Shown here: in pieces, positions 11,278-23,195 of the stretch
Layout of the letters: each line of letters starts with the position of its first letter
Position numbering within the stretch: the first letter of the stretch is position 1
Assembly: GCF_006345805.1 (NCBI RefSeq)
Contig: NC_043008.1
Coordinates: 22,754,001-22,818,000, forward strand
Length of the DNA: 64,000 nt
From: Octopus sinensis
Taxonomy: Eukaryota
Direction of reading: 5' to 3'
Made by a program: the position numbers and the translations under genes
The notes under the pieces: generated by a model
The model's database searches: none
What the model was told of the DNA's origin: nothing
What the model saw: the letters and a program-made list of their open reading frames with translations, nothing else

Positions 11278-11780
11278 TATATATATATAATATATATATA
11301 CATGTGTATACACACACACACATACACACACACACACAAAATTAATAAAAACAGCTAAGTTGATGTATATATACCGTATGTATTCATGTAAAAAGTTGAA
11401 TCTTTTAGGCCATTTTTGAAGGTCAAATTCATGGGGGTCAACTATAACATGGATACTACTTTTGAGGGGCTGAAATTCAAGCTAGAAGCAGAGTTTCTAC
11501 AGCTGGATGCCCTTCCTAATGCCAACCACTCCGAGAGTGTAGTGGGTGCTTTTATGTGCCACCCGCACGAGGGCCAGTCAGGCAGTACTGGCAAGGGCCA
11601 CACTTATGTGCCACCTGTACAGGAGCCAGTCAAGCGGCACTGGCAACGACCTCGCTCGAATGTTTTTTCACATGCCACCAGCACAAGTGCTTGTAAGGTG
11701 ACACAGGTAACGATCACGCTCGAATGGTGTTTTTAATGTGCCATTGGCACGGAGGCCAGCTTGTTGCTCAGGCAACAATC

Positions 11781-11817
<37 letters not shown>

Positions 11818-11819
<2 letters not shown>

Positions 11820-12052
11820 CTCTTTACTCTTTTACTTGTTTCAGTCATTTGACTGCGGCCATGCTGGAGCACCGCCTTTAGTCGAGCAAATCGACCCCGG
11901 GACTTATTCTTTGTAAGCCCAGTACTAATTCTATCGGTCTCTTTTGCCAAACCGCTACGTAACGGGGACATAAACACACCAGCATCGGTTGTCAGGCAAT
12001 GCTAGGGGGACAAACACAGACACACAAACACACACACAACATACATACATAT

Positions 12053-12098
<46 letters not shown>

Positions 12099-12261
12099 TA
12101 CGACAGGCTTCTTTCAGTTTCCGTCTACCAAATCCACTCACAAGGCATTGGTTGGCCCGGGGCTATAGCAGAAGACACTTGCCCAAGATGCCACGCAGTG
12201 GGACTGAACCCGGAACCATGTGGTTGGTTAGCAAGCTACTTACCACACAGCCACTCCTGTG

Positions 12262-12263
<2 letters not shown>
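11818..12263 (-). mobile_element. SINE family A, full length
   Basis: Matches the family consensus. Confidence 0.85.
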
Positions 12264-12315
<52 letters not shown>

Positions 12316-13199
12316 ATATTATATATATAAATGTAAGATCCAAGGATCACGTAGTAGGAAGAAAGTTAGCTTTGAGCAATCCATAGTGAATATAAAAAAA
12401 CAACTTTTAGGAACAATAGTGGTTTATTGAGATGGAAGGTTACATATTTTTTCTTTTATTGAAAAAAAGTTCTTTTTATATTCCTCAGTAGGCAACCAGG
12501 GTTGCTGAGTGTGCAAAAATGAATACATGAGTTACAGAATAGAGCATAGAAATCTGAGCTACATGTGCTTCATAGCGAGTGGAACCCCAGAAATGGTAAA
12601 ATCCAAGTGAGGTGTGTACTGCTGGCTATTTTTCAGGCCAAGGATATCTTGATCAGATTAAAGGCTACCTTGTCGCAAGGAGGTACATGTTGACACAAAG
12701 ATTCAATCAGAATGTGTGGAGGGCACAGTATGTGAAGGGTATATAAATAAGGGGAGAAATAAGTAATAGAAGGGAAGAAGAGAAAGAAGAATAAATAAAA
12801 TAAAATATTGGGGAGTAAGGAAAAAGAGGAATTGGATGGGTCGGTGGTAGATAATATAGTAGTTTTAGCTTAATCACAGAATTCAGTAATGGAATTGGCA
12901 TTTGAACAGAAGAGAAATTAAAGGGAAGAGGGAGAAATAATTTTGGTCCTGGAGAACAAAAAAAAAAAGTATGTATGAATAAAGCAAGGTAGGGTGGGGA
13001 GTTTAAGCTCCTAATTTATGTTCAAAAAGCATAAATTGGTACAAGAAAAGAAAAACACAGGAGCCAGTTTAGCGGCACTGGAAATGACCTTGCTCAAATG
13101 TTATCTTTCATGTGCCACCGGCACAAGTACTAGTTAGGCGACGCAGGTAACGATCGCACTCGAATGGTGTGCTTTACGTGATACAATTCCCTGCTACCA

Positions 13200-13239
<40 letters not shown>

Positions 13240-13242
<3 letters not shown>

Positions 13243-13408
13243 GCATTTTTTTCTCTCCTTGTTTTTTCTGTGTATCTTTCTGTCGAAGAGCGTAGGCTCG
13301 AAACATAAAAGACTTTTTCTATTTCTATTCCTGAGTGCTATACTAATACATTTGTTTGTTTGTACTCCACCTGCCTTCGTCTTTTGTTTATTTTCGTAAA
13401 CTTTCCTT
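13240..13408 (+). mobile_element. Penelope-pLTR-like fragment with variant hammerhead-like motif
   Basis: Lies between (TA)n tracts. Reads ucuuu CUGUCGA a gagc-guag-gcuc GAAA ca UA aaaga at 13275-13312. Homologous to 6669-6830. Confidence 0.55.
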
Positions 13409-13421
13409 TTATATATATATA

Positions 13422-14070
13422 TCATCATCTTTTAATGTCCACTTTCCATGTTGGCATGGACGACTTGAGTGAGGACTGGTGAGTCAAAGGCTGCACCAGT
13501 CTCAATCTGGTCTGGCAAAGTTTCTACAGTTGGATGCCCTTCCTAACACCAACCGCTCCAAGAGTGTAGTTGGTGCTTTTTACATGCCACCGCACAAGGG
13601 CGAGTCAGGCAGTTCTGGCAATGGCCACGCTCACGCTCAAAAGGTGTTTTTACATGCTACCTGCACAGGAGCTAGTCCAGTGGCACTGGCAATGACCACG
13701 CTCAAATGTTGCTTTTCACACGCCACCAGCACATGTGCAGGTAAGGCGATGCTGGCAACGATCATGCTCGAATGGAGCTTTTCATGTGTCACAGACACGG
13801 GAGCCAGTCCATGGCCCTGGCAACGATCATGCTTGGATGTGCTTTTAATGTTCCAATGGCACGAGTGCCAAGCACATGGTACTGTCATTGGCCACATCAG
13901 CAATTTTGATTTTGATTTGATTTTGATTTTACTTGCCTCAATAGGTCGTCACAAGCAAGGTTTATTGTCCAATGAATGAGGGGTGCTCGTAAGTGGGCTG
14001 GTCACACCCACTGGCATAGGCCATGGGCTATGGCCTCACTTGGCTTGTCGGGTCTTCTCAAGCACAGCAT
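13422..14070 (-). mobile_element. Older RTE 3' UTR/ORF-end fragment
   Basis: Contains ggatgcccttcctaa, the repeated tgccacc modules and gtgggctgg...gtcttctcaagcacagcat, as in the RTE 3' region. Confidence 0.75.
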
Positions 14071-14173
14071 ATAAGATCCAGGGATCAAGGTTTAGGAAAA
14101 AAGTTAACTGCAACCAATTTGTAGTAAATATAAAAAGCCCTTTCAGGGACAATAGTGGTTTACTGAGACAGAT

Positions 14174-14597
14174 ACTCTTTACTCTCTCTTTTACTCTTTT
14201 ACTTGTTTCAGTCATTTGACTGCGGCCATGCTGGAGCACCGCCTTTAATCGAGCAACTCGACCCCGGGACTTATTCTTTTTGTAAGCCCAGTACTTATTC
14301 TATCGGTCTCTTTTGCCGAACCGCTAAGTAACGGGGACATAAACACACCAGCATCGGTTGTCAAGCAATGCTAGGGGGACAAACACAGACACACAAACAT
14401 GCACACACATACATATATATATATATACATATATACGACAGGCTTCTTTCAGTTTCTGTCTACCAAATCCACTCACAAGGCATTGGTCGGCCTGGAGCTA
14501 TAGCAGAAGACACTTGCCCAAGATGCCACGCAGTGGGACAGAACCCGGAACCATGTGGTTGGTAACAAGCTACTTACCACACAGCCACTCCTGCGCC
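14174..14597 (-). mobile_element. SINE family A, full length
   Basis: Matches the family consensus and interrupts the unclassified repeat. Confidence 0.85.
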
Positions 14598-15276
14598 TGG
14601 ATGGTTGTAGATTTTTCGTATCAAAGTACAATAAGCTGAAAAAAGTTTTTTTTCATATTTCACAGTAGGCAACCAGCGTTGCTGGGTGTGCGAAAAAGAA
14701 TGCAAGTGTTACAGAATTGAGTAGATAAGATCTGGGCTACATATGATTCATAGCAAGCGGAACCTCAGATGTGATAAATATCCAAGTGAGCTGTATACTG
14801 CAGGCTAATCTTTGGGCCAAGAATATCGTGATTAGATTAAAGGCTACATTGTAGCTAGGAGATACATGTTGACACAAAAATTCAACCAGAATGCATGGAG
14901 GGCACAATATGTAAAGGGTATATAAATGAGGGGAGAGATAGGGACACCATATTTACAGTATTTATTTAACGTGTATTTGGACATTTAAAACCCTCCCTGT
15001 ACTGTTAACAACCCATCCATTACTGTAGTCTATTAATAACAGGGACAACTGTTAAGCAATAACACTTAAGATTTTAAAACAGGCCAGATTACAAAATAGA
15101 ATGTTGTGATTCGTCGTCTCTCTCTCCATTGCACCAATCACAGCCCGTCTTAAGTTCAAATACCCTTGTATATGCTTTTTTGCTATTTTATGCTTGTTTT
15201 GTTGTTCCTAGACTAGGAAATAATATTTATTATTATTTTAATGGATTTAATGAAAAATTTTAGATGTTCATATATA

Positions 15277-15520
15277 TCATCATCGTTTAACGTCCGGTTT
15301 CCATGCTAGCATGGGTTGGATGGTTCAACTGGGGTCTGGGAAGCCAGAAGGCTGCACCAGGCCCAGTCTGATCTGGCAGTGTTTCTACGGCTGGATGCCC
15401 TTCCTAATGCCAACCACTCCAAGAGTGTAGTGGATGCTTTTTACGTGCCACCTGCACAGGTGCCAGACGAGGTTGGCAAATGGCCACAATCGGATGGTGC
15501 TTTTTACGTGCCACCGGCAC
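15277..15520 (-). mobile_element. RTE LINE 3' fragment
   Basis: (CAT)n tail and RTE 3' UTR identity. Confidence 0.8.
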
Positions 15521-16233
15521 AAAAAATCTGCGAAGTCGTGAATCTGCGATAGTTGAATCGCAAAGTAGCGAGGGATCACTGTACTCTATTTCTGTGTCTT
15601 CCACACAGCTTGCCAGCAGAATAGGAACAAGTAATATATAAATGTAAGATCCAGAGATCGAAGTATAGGAAGAAAGTTAGCTTCAAGAAATCTGTAGTAA
15701 ATAAAAAGAAACAACAACCTTCAGGATCAATAGTGGTTTATTGAGATGGATGGTTGTGGATTTTTATTGTATCGAAGTATGATAAACTGAAAAAAGTTCT
15801 TTTTAATATTTCATGGTAGGCGACCAGGGTTGCCAGGTGTGTGATTAAGAAAAGAGTTAAGAAATGGAGTAGATAAGATCCGGGCTACATATGTTTCACA
15901 GTTAGCAGAACCTCAGAAGTAGTAAATATATCCTCTTCAGGCAAAAGTTATCTTGATTAAATGAAACTTTACATTAAATGCGAGTGAATCAGAAAGGAAT
16001 GCAATTTTTATTTGCATTGCAATCTGATTTACTCTTGTATGCGTGTATGTAAAAAGATTATATACAATGTACAGAATATGGAACTTGTGGTAAATGACAC
16101 TCACTCCCCAAAACAGTATCATCCAGCTTCGACCTTAACATGCAAACAACACTGCAGCTGGGAAGCATAAATCATGGGACTATCTTCAAAATCCTGTTGT
16201 CAACTGGAAATATCTACTAAGTTTTGCCTTAAA

Positions 16234-16460
16234 TTAACCCTTTAATTACTGTATTTATTTTGAGGTGCTCTGTGTTTCTTTCAATTACTTTAAATATAAC
16301 AAACAATTTACTAAAATAACTTTGTTATCATTCAGCTGGTGTTAGGAACATAAATTGTGACTAAGGATTTGGTGGAAGATTTTAATTCAAAACTTATGAA
16401 AACAAGACTTTTGTACTCAGAGCCAGAGCCAGTTTCAGCCAGGTTGGTAACAAAAGGGTA
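16234..16460. mobile_element. piggyBac-type MITE (TTAA-CCCTTT...AAAGGG)
   Basis: Starts ttaacccttt and ends aaagggtaa. It is a reverse-complement homolog of 30239-30458. Confidence 0.65.
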
Positions 16461-16997
16461 AGGAAAGGACACATTTGATACTGTAGCCTTACACATATCA
16501 CCAAGACAATGAACGGATGATCACAGCTAGAAGGCCTGGAACACCTTTACACACAGCTCCATTCATTCATAGTTCAGCTGGAGCTAATTGGTAACAAAAT
16601 ATGCTAGCACAGCAACTTAATGACCAAACTACAATCTGTACTTTTTTTTTTGTAATTATTTTTGTTATTATTGTTACTAGCATCATGCACACAGCTAATT
16701 GTATGATGGACCCAAATAGAACTCCTACAATTACTCCAGCATTTGGAGACAATTAGCAGCTTTATCCCTTGTCCCACCCCCATCCCTACCCACTCTCATC
16801 CCATCCCATCCCATCTCACCTACACCTAACTAAAAATATGCTGTCACACACATTGACCTCAATCAATGGCATAGTGCTAATAACAGTGCTCCAGCTTGAC
16901 TTTAACTATAATAGATAATGAGTCAGTGAAGGGGCTGCCTCAACACTGTCACTCAAGTTGCTAGAAATAGTGGCCAGTACTCTCATAAAGCATTACT

Positions 16998-17422
16998 CAT
17001 CATCATCATTATCATCGTTTAGCGTCCGCTTTCCATGCTGGCATGGGTTGGATGGTGCAACTGGGGTCTGGGAAGCCAGGAGGCTGCACCAGGCCCAGTC
17101 TGATCTGGCAATGTTTCTACAGCTGGATGCCCTTCCTAACGCCAACCACTCCATGAGTGTAGTGGGTGCTTTTTACGTGCCAGACGAGGCTGGCAAACGG
17201 CCACGATCGGATGGTGCTTTTTACGTGCCACCGGCATGGAAGCCAGTCGGGGCGGCGCTGGCAACGGCCACGTTCAGATGGTTCTCTTATGTGCCACCGG
17301 CACTGGTATCACAGCTACAATTTCCATTGATGTTGATCGATTTTGATTTTGATTTTCACTTGCCTCAACAGGTCTTCACAAGTAGAGTTTTGTGTCCCAA
17401 GAAGGAAAGGTATGCATAAGTG
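16998..17422 (-). mobile_element. RTE LINE 3' fragment
   Basis: (CAT)n tail through to ...gtccaag.aggaaagg.at..ataagtgg, as in the full RTE. Confidence 0.85.
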
Positions 17423-17659
17423 GAAAAGAAGGATAGATGGAATAATGTAGTTCAGGGTTAGCTGTTCCTGAAAAAATTGAAAATTATTCTATGTATGCAC
17501 CATATTTCCTGTTATTACGAATACTAGCAAAAGTATGCTTTCAAAGGTATCTCTCATGATCGGTAACAGTCTTGTATTTGTATGTGTGTGATATCTACGT
17601 GTGTGTGTGTGCGTGTGTCTGTGCACGTGTCATATATATGTATGTATATATTTGTGTCA

Positions 17660-17705
<46 letters not shown>

Positions 17706-18464
17706 GGCTTAGTAAAATAAATTACTTTGCCACATACTGAACTCATTAGAAATAGTAGCCAAAAAAAACTTTTTTAAAACTATTTCTAATACTTAAAGAA
17801 AATCTCTCTCATATAGTGTTTGCTCAATTCAACTCACGAAAGTATGGGGGTAAAGACATTAAAAAATCAAATGCAAAGGTTATTTGAGAACGTACGTTTC
17901 TAGATTAGTCAAATCGACATTTCTTTCGTCAGCTCATCTAGAAACGTACGTTCTCAAATAACCTTTGCATTTGATTTTTTAATGTCTTTACCCCCATACT
18001 TTCGTGAGTTGAATTGAGCAAACACTATATGAGAGAGATTTTCTTTAAGTATTAGAAATAGTTTTAAAAAAGTTTTTTTTGGCTACTATTTCTAATGAGT
18101 TCAGTATGTGGCAAAGTAATTTATTTTACTAAGCCCTTTTATATAATGTAATAATTTGAATTCGCCTTAAATGGTCCCTTTGCATACTGAATACTTGGTG
18201 AAATTGATTAATAATTAATTAATTTTACCCTCAATTGTTGAAATTATAATTCATCTCTCTCTATTTAATGCTTCGGATTTTACCGAAAAAGCATAGTGTT
18301 TGCTGATTTTAACCCACGCTGGTGGAAAGGGGAGAGCAGAAATTCTTCGCTTGCATATCTTGAATTTGCTGGCACTGATAGTTCGAGCAGATCTTCAGAA
18401 GCGATAAGAAGCCGAAAGGGTATGCTCCCACTTTCAGTGTTTTCAAATCCAAACCAAGGAGTTC

Positions 18465-18516
18465 TGAGCTGACGAAAGAAATGTCGATTTGACTAATCTA
18501 GAAACGTACGTTCTCA
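18465..18516 (+). ncRNA. Type I hammerhead ribozyme motif (copy 1)
   Basis: ugag CUGACGA a-aga-aau-guc-gauuu-gac-uaa-ucu-a GAAA cguacg UU^ cuca. Stem III is palindromic (ACGUACGU) and the cut is predicted after 18512. Confidence 0.75.
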
Positions 18517-19022
18517 AATAACCTTTGCATTTGATTTTTTAATGTCTTTACCCCCATACTTTCGTGAGTTGAATTGAGCAAACACTATATGAGAGAGATT
18601 TTCTTTAAGTATTAGAAATAGTTTTAAAAAAGTTTTTTTTGGCTACTATTTCTAATGAGTTCAGTATGTGGCAAAGTAATTTATTTTACTAAGCCTTTTA
18701 TATAATGTAATAATTTGAATTCGCCTTAAATGGTCCCTTTGCATACTGAATACTTGGTGAAATTGATTAATAATTAATTAATTTTACCCTCAATTGTTGA
18801 AATTATAATTCATCTCTCTCTATTTAATGCTTCGGATTTTACCGAAAAAGCATAGTGTTTGCTGATTTTAACCCACGCTGTGGAAAGGGGAGAGCAGAAA
18901 TTCTTCGCTTGCATATCTTGAATTTGCTGGCACTGATAGTTCGAGCAGATCTTCAGAAGCGATAAGAAGCCGAAAGGGTATGCTCCCACTTTCAGTGTTT
19001 TCAAATCCAAACCAAGGAGTTC

Positions 19023-19074
19023 TGAGCTGACGAAAGAAATGTCGATTTGACTAATCTAGAAACGTACGTTCTCA
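19023..19074 (+). ncRNA. Type I hammerhead ribozyme motif (copy 2)
   Basis: Identical to copy 1, 558 bp downstream. A third, minus-strand copy lies at 17885-17936. Confidence 0.75.
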
Positions 19075-19358
19075 AATAACCTTTGCATTTGATTTTTTAA
19101 TGTCTTTACCCCCATACTTTCGTGAGTTGAATTGAGCAAACACTATATGAGAGAGATTTTCTTTAAGTATTAGAAATAGTTTTAAAAAAGTTTTTTTTGG
19201 CTACTATTTCTAATGAGTTCAGTATGTGGCAAAGTAATTTATTTTACTAAGCCCTTTTATATAATGTAATAATTTGAATTCGCCTTAAATGGTCCCTTTG
19301 CATACTGAATACTTGGTGAAATTGATTAATAATTAATTAATTTTACCCTCAATTGTTG

Positions 19359-19417
<59 letters not shown>

Positions 19418-20504
19418 AAGTCAAATATAAGTTTAAGAATTAATGTTTAGAAAATAAATGTTAAAGACAGCATCGGAACATTATTTCAGAGTAAATCCCA
19501 GGTCATGCGTCTGCAGAGCATATTCATCATTTATGGCTACTGGGGGCATCATCAGCGATACTTAGCAGACATTGATGTAATAATTCCAGGACATCCAAGA
19601 TGGACGTAAGGTATATATTAAAGATAAACAGAGACCTAACAATTGCCAATATTTTGTGTGAGTGACATGTGCATAAACATATGCATTGATACATGCATTT
19701 TCTGCGATTGATATATGCACACGATGCATAAATGTAAATATATATTGTCTTTATGCAACTTTAAACATTCATAACCTTGAATGTATACAAGAGAAACACA
19801 CTATAAACCACATCTAGAAGCTTTATTTATAAATACTTTTAAACATTGGCGTTCTTAAAATACTGGAAATTGATTATAGTTTATTTTCAGGTACTTGGAT
19901 TGCAAATGGCAATAGTGGAAGATGTAAAGTCTAAAATGTATGCCATAGATTAAGAAAGTGAAGTCTATAACAGCTGTGAAAAGATTCTCTGCTTAGTGGA
20001 AGAAAGAGGCATCAAATAGGGATTCAATAAGAAATTGGATGGAATGTTTGAAGAACTAAATTCTGTGAATGACAACTCCAAAACTGGGAGGCCACTGCCC
20101 AGTACATATCTGTGATCATAGTCCAGAAAGCATTTGATGAGAGTCTAAGAATATTGCTGTGATGTGTATCAGCTGGACTAAACCTTCTGTCATCAACTGT
20201 GCACAAAATTCTGGAAGTGAAACTGAATGTGCATATATGATTCAAGTGGTTGAAATGTTACTGAAAGAAGACAACCATGGAAGATACAATTCTCTCCTCT
20301 ATTCCACCCCTTTCTATCTATAATGAGTGGGCCTTTGGATGTTTGAGAAGTAGGGCAAATGATGGTTCAGGTAAGCAGTAGTATTTAATAGCTGCTTGTG
20401 CAACTGTTATGCCTGCTGGCAAGCATCTATGCAAACCCTCCTTTCCAAATGCTGAATGCTGTTGCCCATCTCCTTGTTCATTCTTGTAACCCATCCACAT
20501 CCGC

Positions 20505-20780
20505 AGAGTTGGCACAGTCAATGTACCTACATTGAAAGATAGATCTCATGAGAGTGTTGAGATGATAGAACAGAGGCATGTAAATGTGTGTTGAGTTCAG
20601 GAAGTAAGGTGGAGGGGAGTATCAGCCAGGTTCCTCACAGGCAAAGACATAGGTATAAAATCTTCTGGGAAGGCTATAGTATTGGGGTAGGGGGTGTGGG
20701 CATAATTTTAGCTGAGAAATGGGTGGATAAGATGATTGAGGTATTTAGAGCATTCAATAGGATACTTATTCTTAGAAGTT
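20505..20780 (+). mobile_element. Degenerate RTE AP-endonuclease fragment
   Basis: Reads TVNVPTLKDR..VEMIEQR..QEVRWRG..HRYKIFWEG..GVGIILAEKWVDKMIEV, homologous to the N-terminus of the full RTE. Confidence 0.8.
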
Positions 20781-22622
20781 GATATGTTTTTCTCTGAAAC
20801 CTAGTGGTTAGGGTAATAAACCTCATGACCTTGAACAACACACTTCATTTCACATAGCTTCATATAGCTTCAACAAAAAATTAATAACAATTTTGTGGTG
20901 GCACAGCTCTCCTCCCTCTCTCTCACTCTCTCTTTATCTGTCTCTCCTCCCTCTCTCTCCAGTTAGTCACATTCTGTTTATGTTCCACTGGTTCATAGGT
21001 GGTAGAACAGTAAACTGCATCCAGGTCTGCCCACGACTGCACAGACACCTAAAACAATTTAGCGAAAGCATGGAAACATACTGCTTTGGTTATTTTCTCA
21101 CATAACACCTTTTCACATCAATGTTAAATTGAAATGTCACAACTGTTTGGTGTGGGGTGGGGTGGGGTTTGGTGGGGGAGAGAGAAATAAATCTCAAGAA
21201 GTCTGGCACCATATTACACACAATTAAGGCTGCAGAAAAACTTTATAACTTTCCCATAGCTACTTCTTTAGTCTGTCCAGGTTTTTGTCAGTCACTGCAA
21301 TCCCCACTCCCTACCTGTACCTTCTTGGCAACACCTGATTGCATATATTACGACCTCTGCACCTCTCTCTTCCTTACTCTACCAATCACATCTATGCTCT
21401 GTTCTTTCTTACCTGTGCGTATACCCTGGCACTTCACCATCTCTCTCCTGCTTTCTCTTACACTTTTGCTGTTCCCTCCTCTCTCTTTCCCTCGCACTTC
21501 TCTCTGGCTGGGTAACCATAAATCTCCTCTACAGCAGCACACCTATCTCTGCCTTCATTATCGATCTCTCTCTCTCCTCTTGTTTTTCCTCTGACTAGAT
21601 CACCAAATATCTCCTTTACATCAGGACACCTGTTTCTGTCCTCTTTCTTGTACCCCTCCATCTCTCTCTCCTTTCCTCTTCTCTCTCTCTATCTTTCTTC
21701 TCTTTCTCTCCCTCTCACTAGGTAACCATGTACCTCCTCTATACCTGTTTCTGCCTCTATTTCTCTGTCATGCTCTCACTTTTCATCATCTGATATTGAA
21801 CCACCTCCTCCAATGCTCCCACCATTATAGCAAGACACCTGTTTCTACTTTTCTGCCTCCGTCACACTCTAACCTTTCATCCTCTGACACAAGTTCCCCT
21901 TCTCAAATTCCCCTGCCCCTCTCATAATTCCTTGTTTTGCGAGTTACTTGGTTACCCTGCCAGTGCTGGTGCCACTTAAAGAGCATCCAGTCCACACTGC
22001 AAAGTGGTTGGCATTTGGAAGGGCATCCAGCTGTAGAAATCATCCCAAAATTAACCTCGCCTGTGCTAGTGCTACATAAAAAGCACTGAGTCCACTCTTC
22101 AGAGTGGTTGGTGTTAGGAAGGGTATCCAGCTGTAAAAACCCTGCCAAAACAGACCCAGTATCCTAGGGTAGTTTTTCTACCTGGCTGGTTCCTGTCAAC
22201 TGTCCTACCTATACATGCATGGAAGATGGATATTAAACGATGATGATGATGAGTTATGTCTATTTATCACCGAATGAGATACATCTGCAGTGCTGGATGC
22301 TCCTGAACCATTTGTCAAGTGTCCTTCCCCGCCGTGAGGGAACAATGCTAGATGTGTCAAAACAATTGTCATGATTTATGATAAATTCTCGTATATTCCA
22401 TCTTCCATATTTCATTCACCATATATACATACACACAGATAGATATACAGGTGGGTGGGTGTTTGAATAATTATGTGTGTGTACAAGTGAGCATACACAT
22501 GGATTGTTTATGCATATAATATACATATACATCTGTGTGCGTGGGGAGGAATATAGATACGCACACACAAACATATGTACAGGTATGATGCCCTACAGTT
22601 ACACTTATGTATGTGTCTAAGA

Positions 22623-22841
22623 CAGTGCTTTTCAAACTTTTTGCTGAAGTGGAACCCCAAGGAAACGTTCCACTGGCTCGAGGAACTCCTGTGCAATAAT
22701 TTAATTGTCTTATGCACACATATCTGCACAGGAGAATTAAAAATTACTGTCGATTTTAGCATTTTTGTAACTTCTTGCGGAACCTCTGGACTGTACTGGC
22801 GGAACCCTAAGGTTCCGCGGAACCTTGGTTGAAAACCACTG
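22623..22841. mobile_element. hAT (Charlie/Buster-like) MITE
   Basis: TIRs cagtgcttttcaa / ttgaaaaccactg, with an 8-bp TSD gtctaaga at 22615-22622 and 22842-22849. Confidence 0.9.
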
Positions 22842-22917
22842 GTCTAAGACAATATGAATATAGATTAAACATGCTGAAAAACTACAAGAGATCTCCTATA
22901 GATACTCCTGGAAACCT

Positions 22918-23195
22918 TGTTTCCAGGATGCATGTGTACAAACAGCTATGCTACATGGCAGTGAAACATGGGCTGTGACTGCTGAGGGCATGCGTAAGCT
23001 TGCAATGAATGAAGCCAGTATGGTCCGCTGGATGTGTAATGTCAGTGCACATACTCGACAGAGTGTAAGAGCCTTGAGAGAAAAGTTGGACCAAAGAAGC
23101 ATCGGATGTGGTGTACAAGAGAGAAGACTGTGCTGGTATGGTCAGGTGGTGAGACTCACTTGGCTTGTCGAGTCTTCTCAAGCACAGCATATAAG
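22918..23195 (+). mobile_element. RTE ORF C-terminal fragment
   Basis: MLHGSETWAVTAE.MRKL..NEASM.RWMCNVS matches the ORF at 43596-44060. Confidence 0.85.

Larger units (their letters stand above)
12330..15940. repeat. Three diverged same-orientation copies of an unclassified ~300-450 bp repeat
   Basis: The motif taagatcca.ggatc...caatagtggttta.tgagatgga...gtaggc.acca occurs at ~12333, ~14072 (split by a SINE) and ~15645. A related piece lies at ~23215 in the opposite orientation. Confidence 0.6.
17700..19365 (+). mobile_element. Retrozyme/Penelope-pLTR-like element, 558-560 bp tandem unit with 5' inversion
   Basis: An inverted arm at 17700-17936 is followed by ~2.5 near-identical direct units (gaaacgtacgttctca at 17941, 18501, 19059). 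Flanked by (TA)n on both sides. Confidence 0.85.

Noticed and set aside
16567-16752. Hydrophobic 61-aa ORF as a possible transporter exon
   Set aside because: No splice acceptor, it runs into simple repeats, and it has no family similarity.
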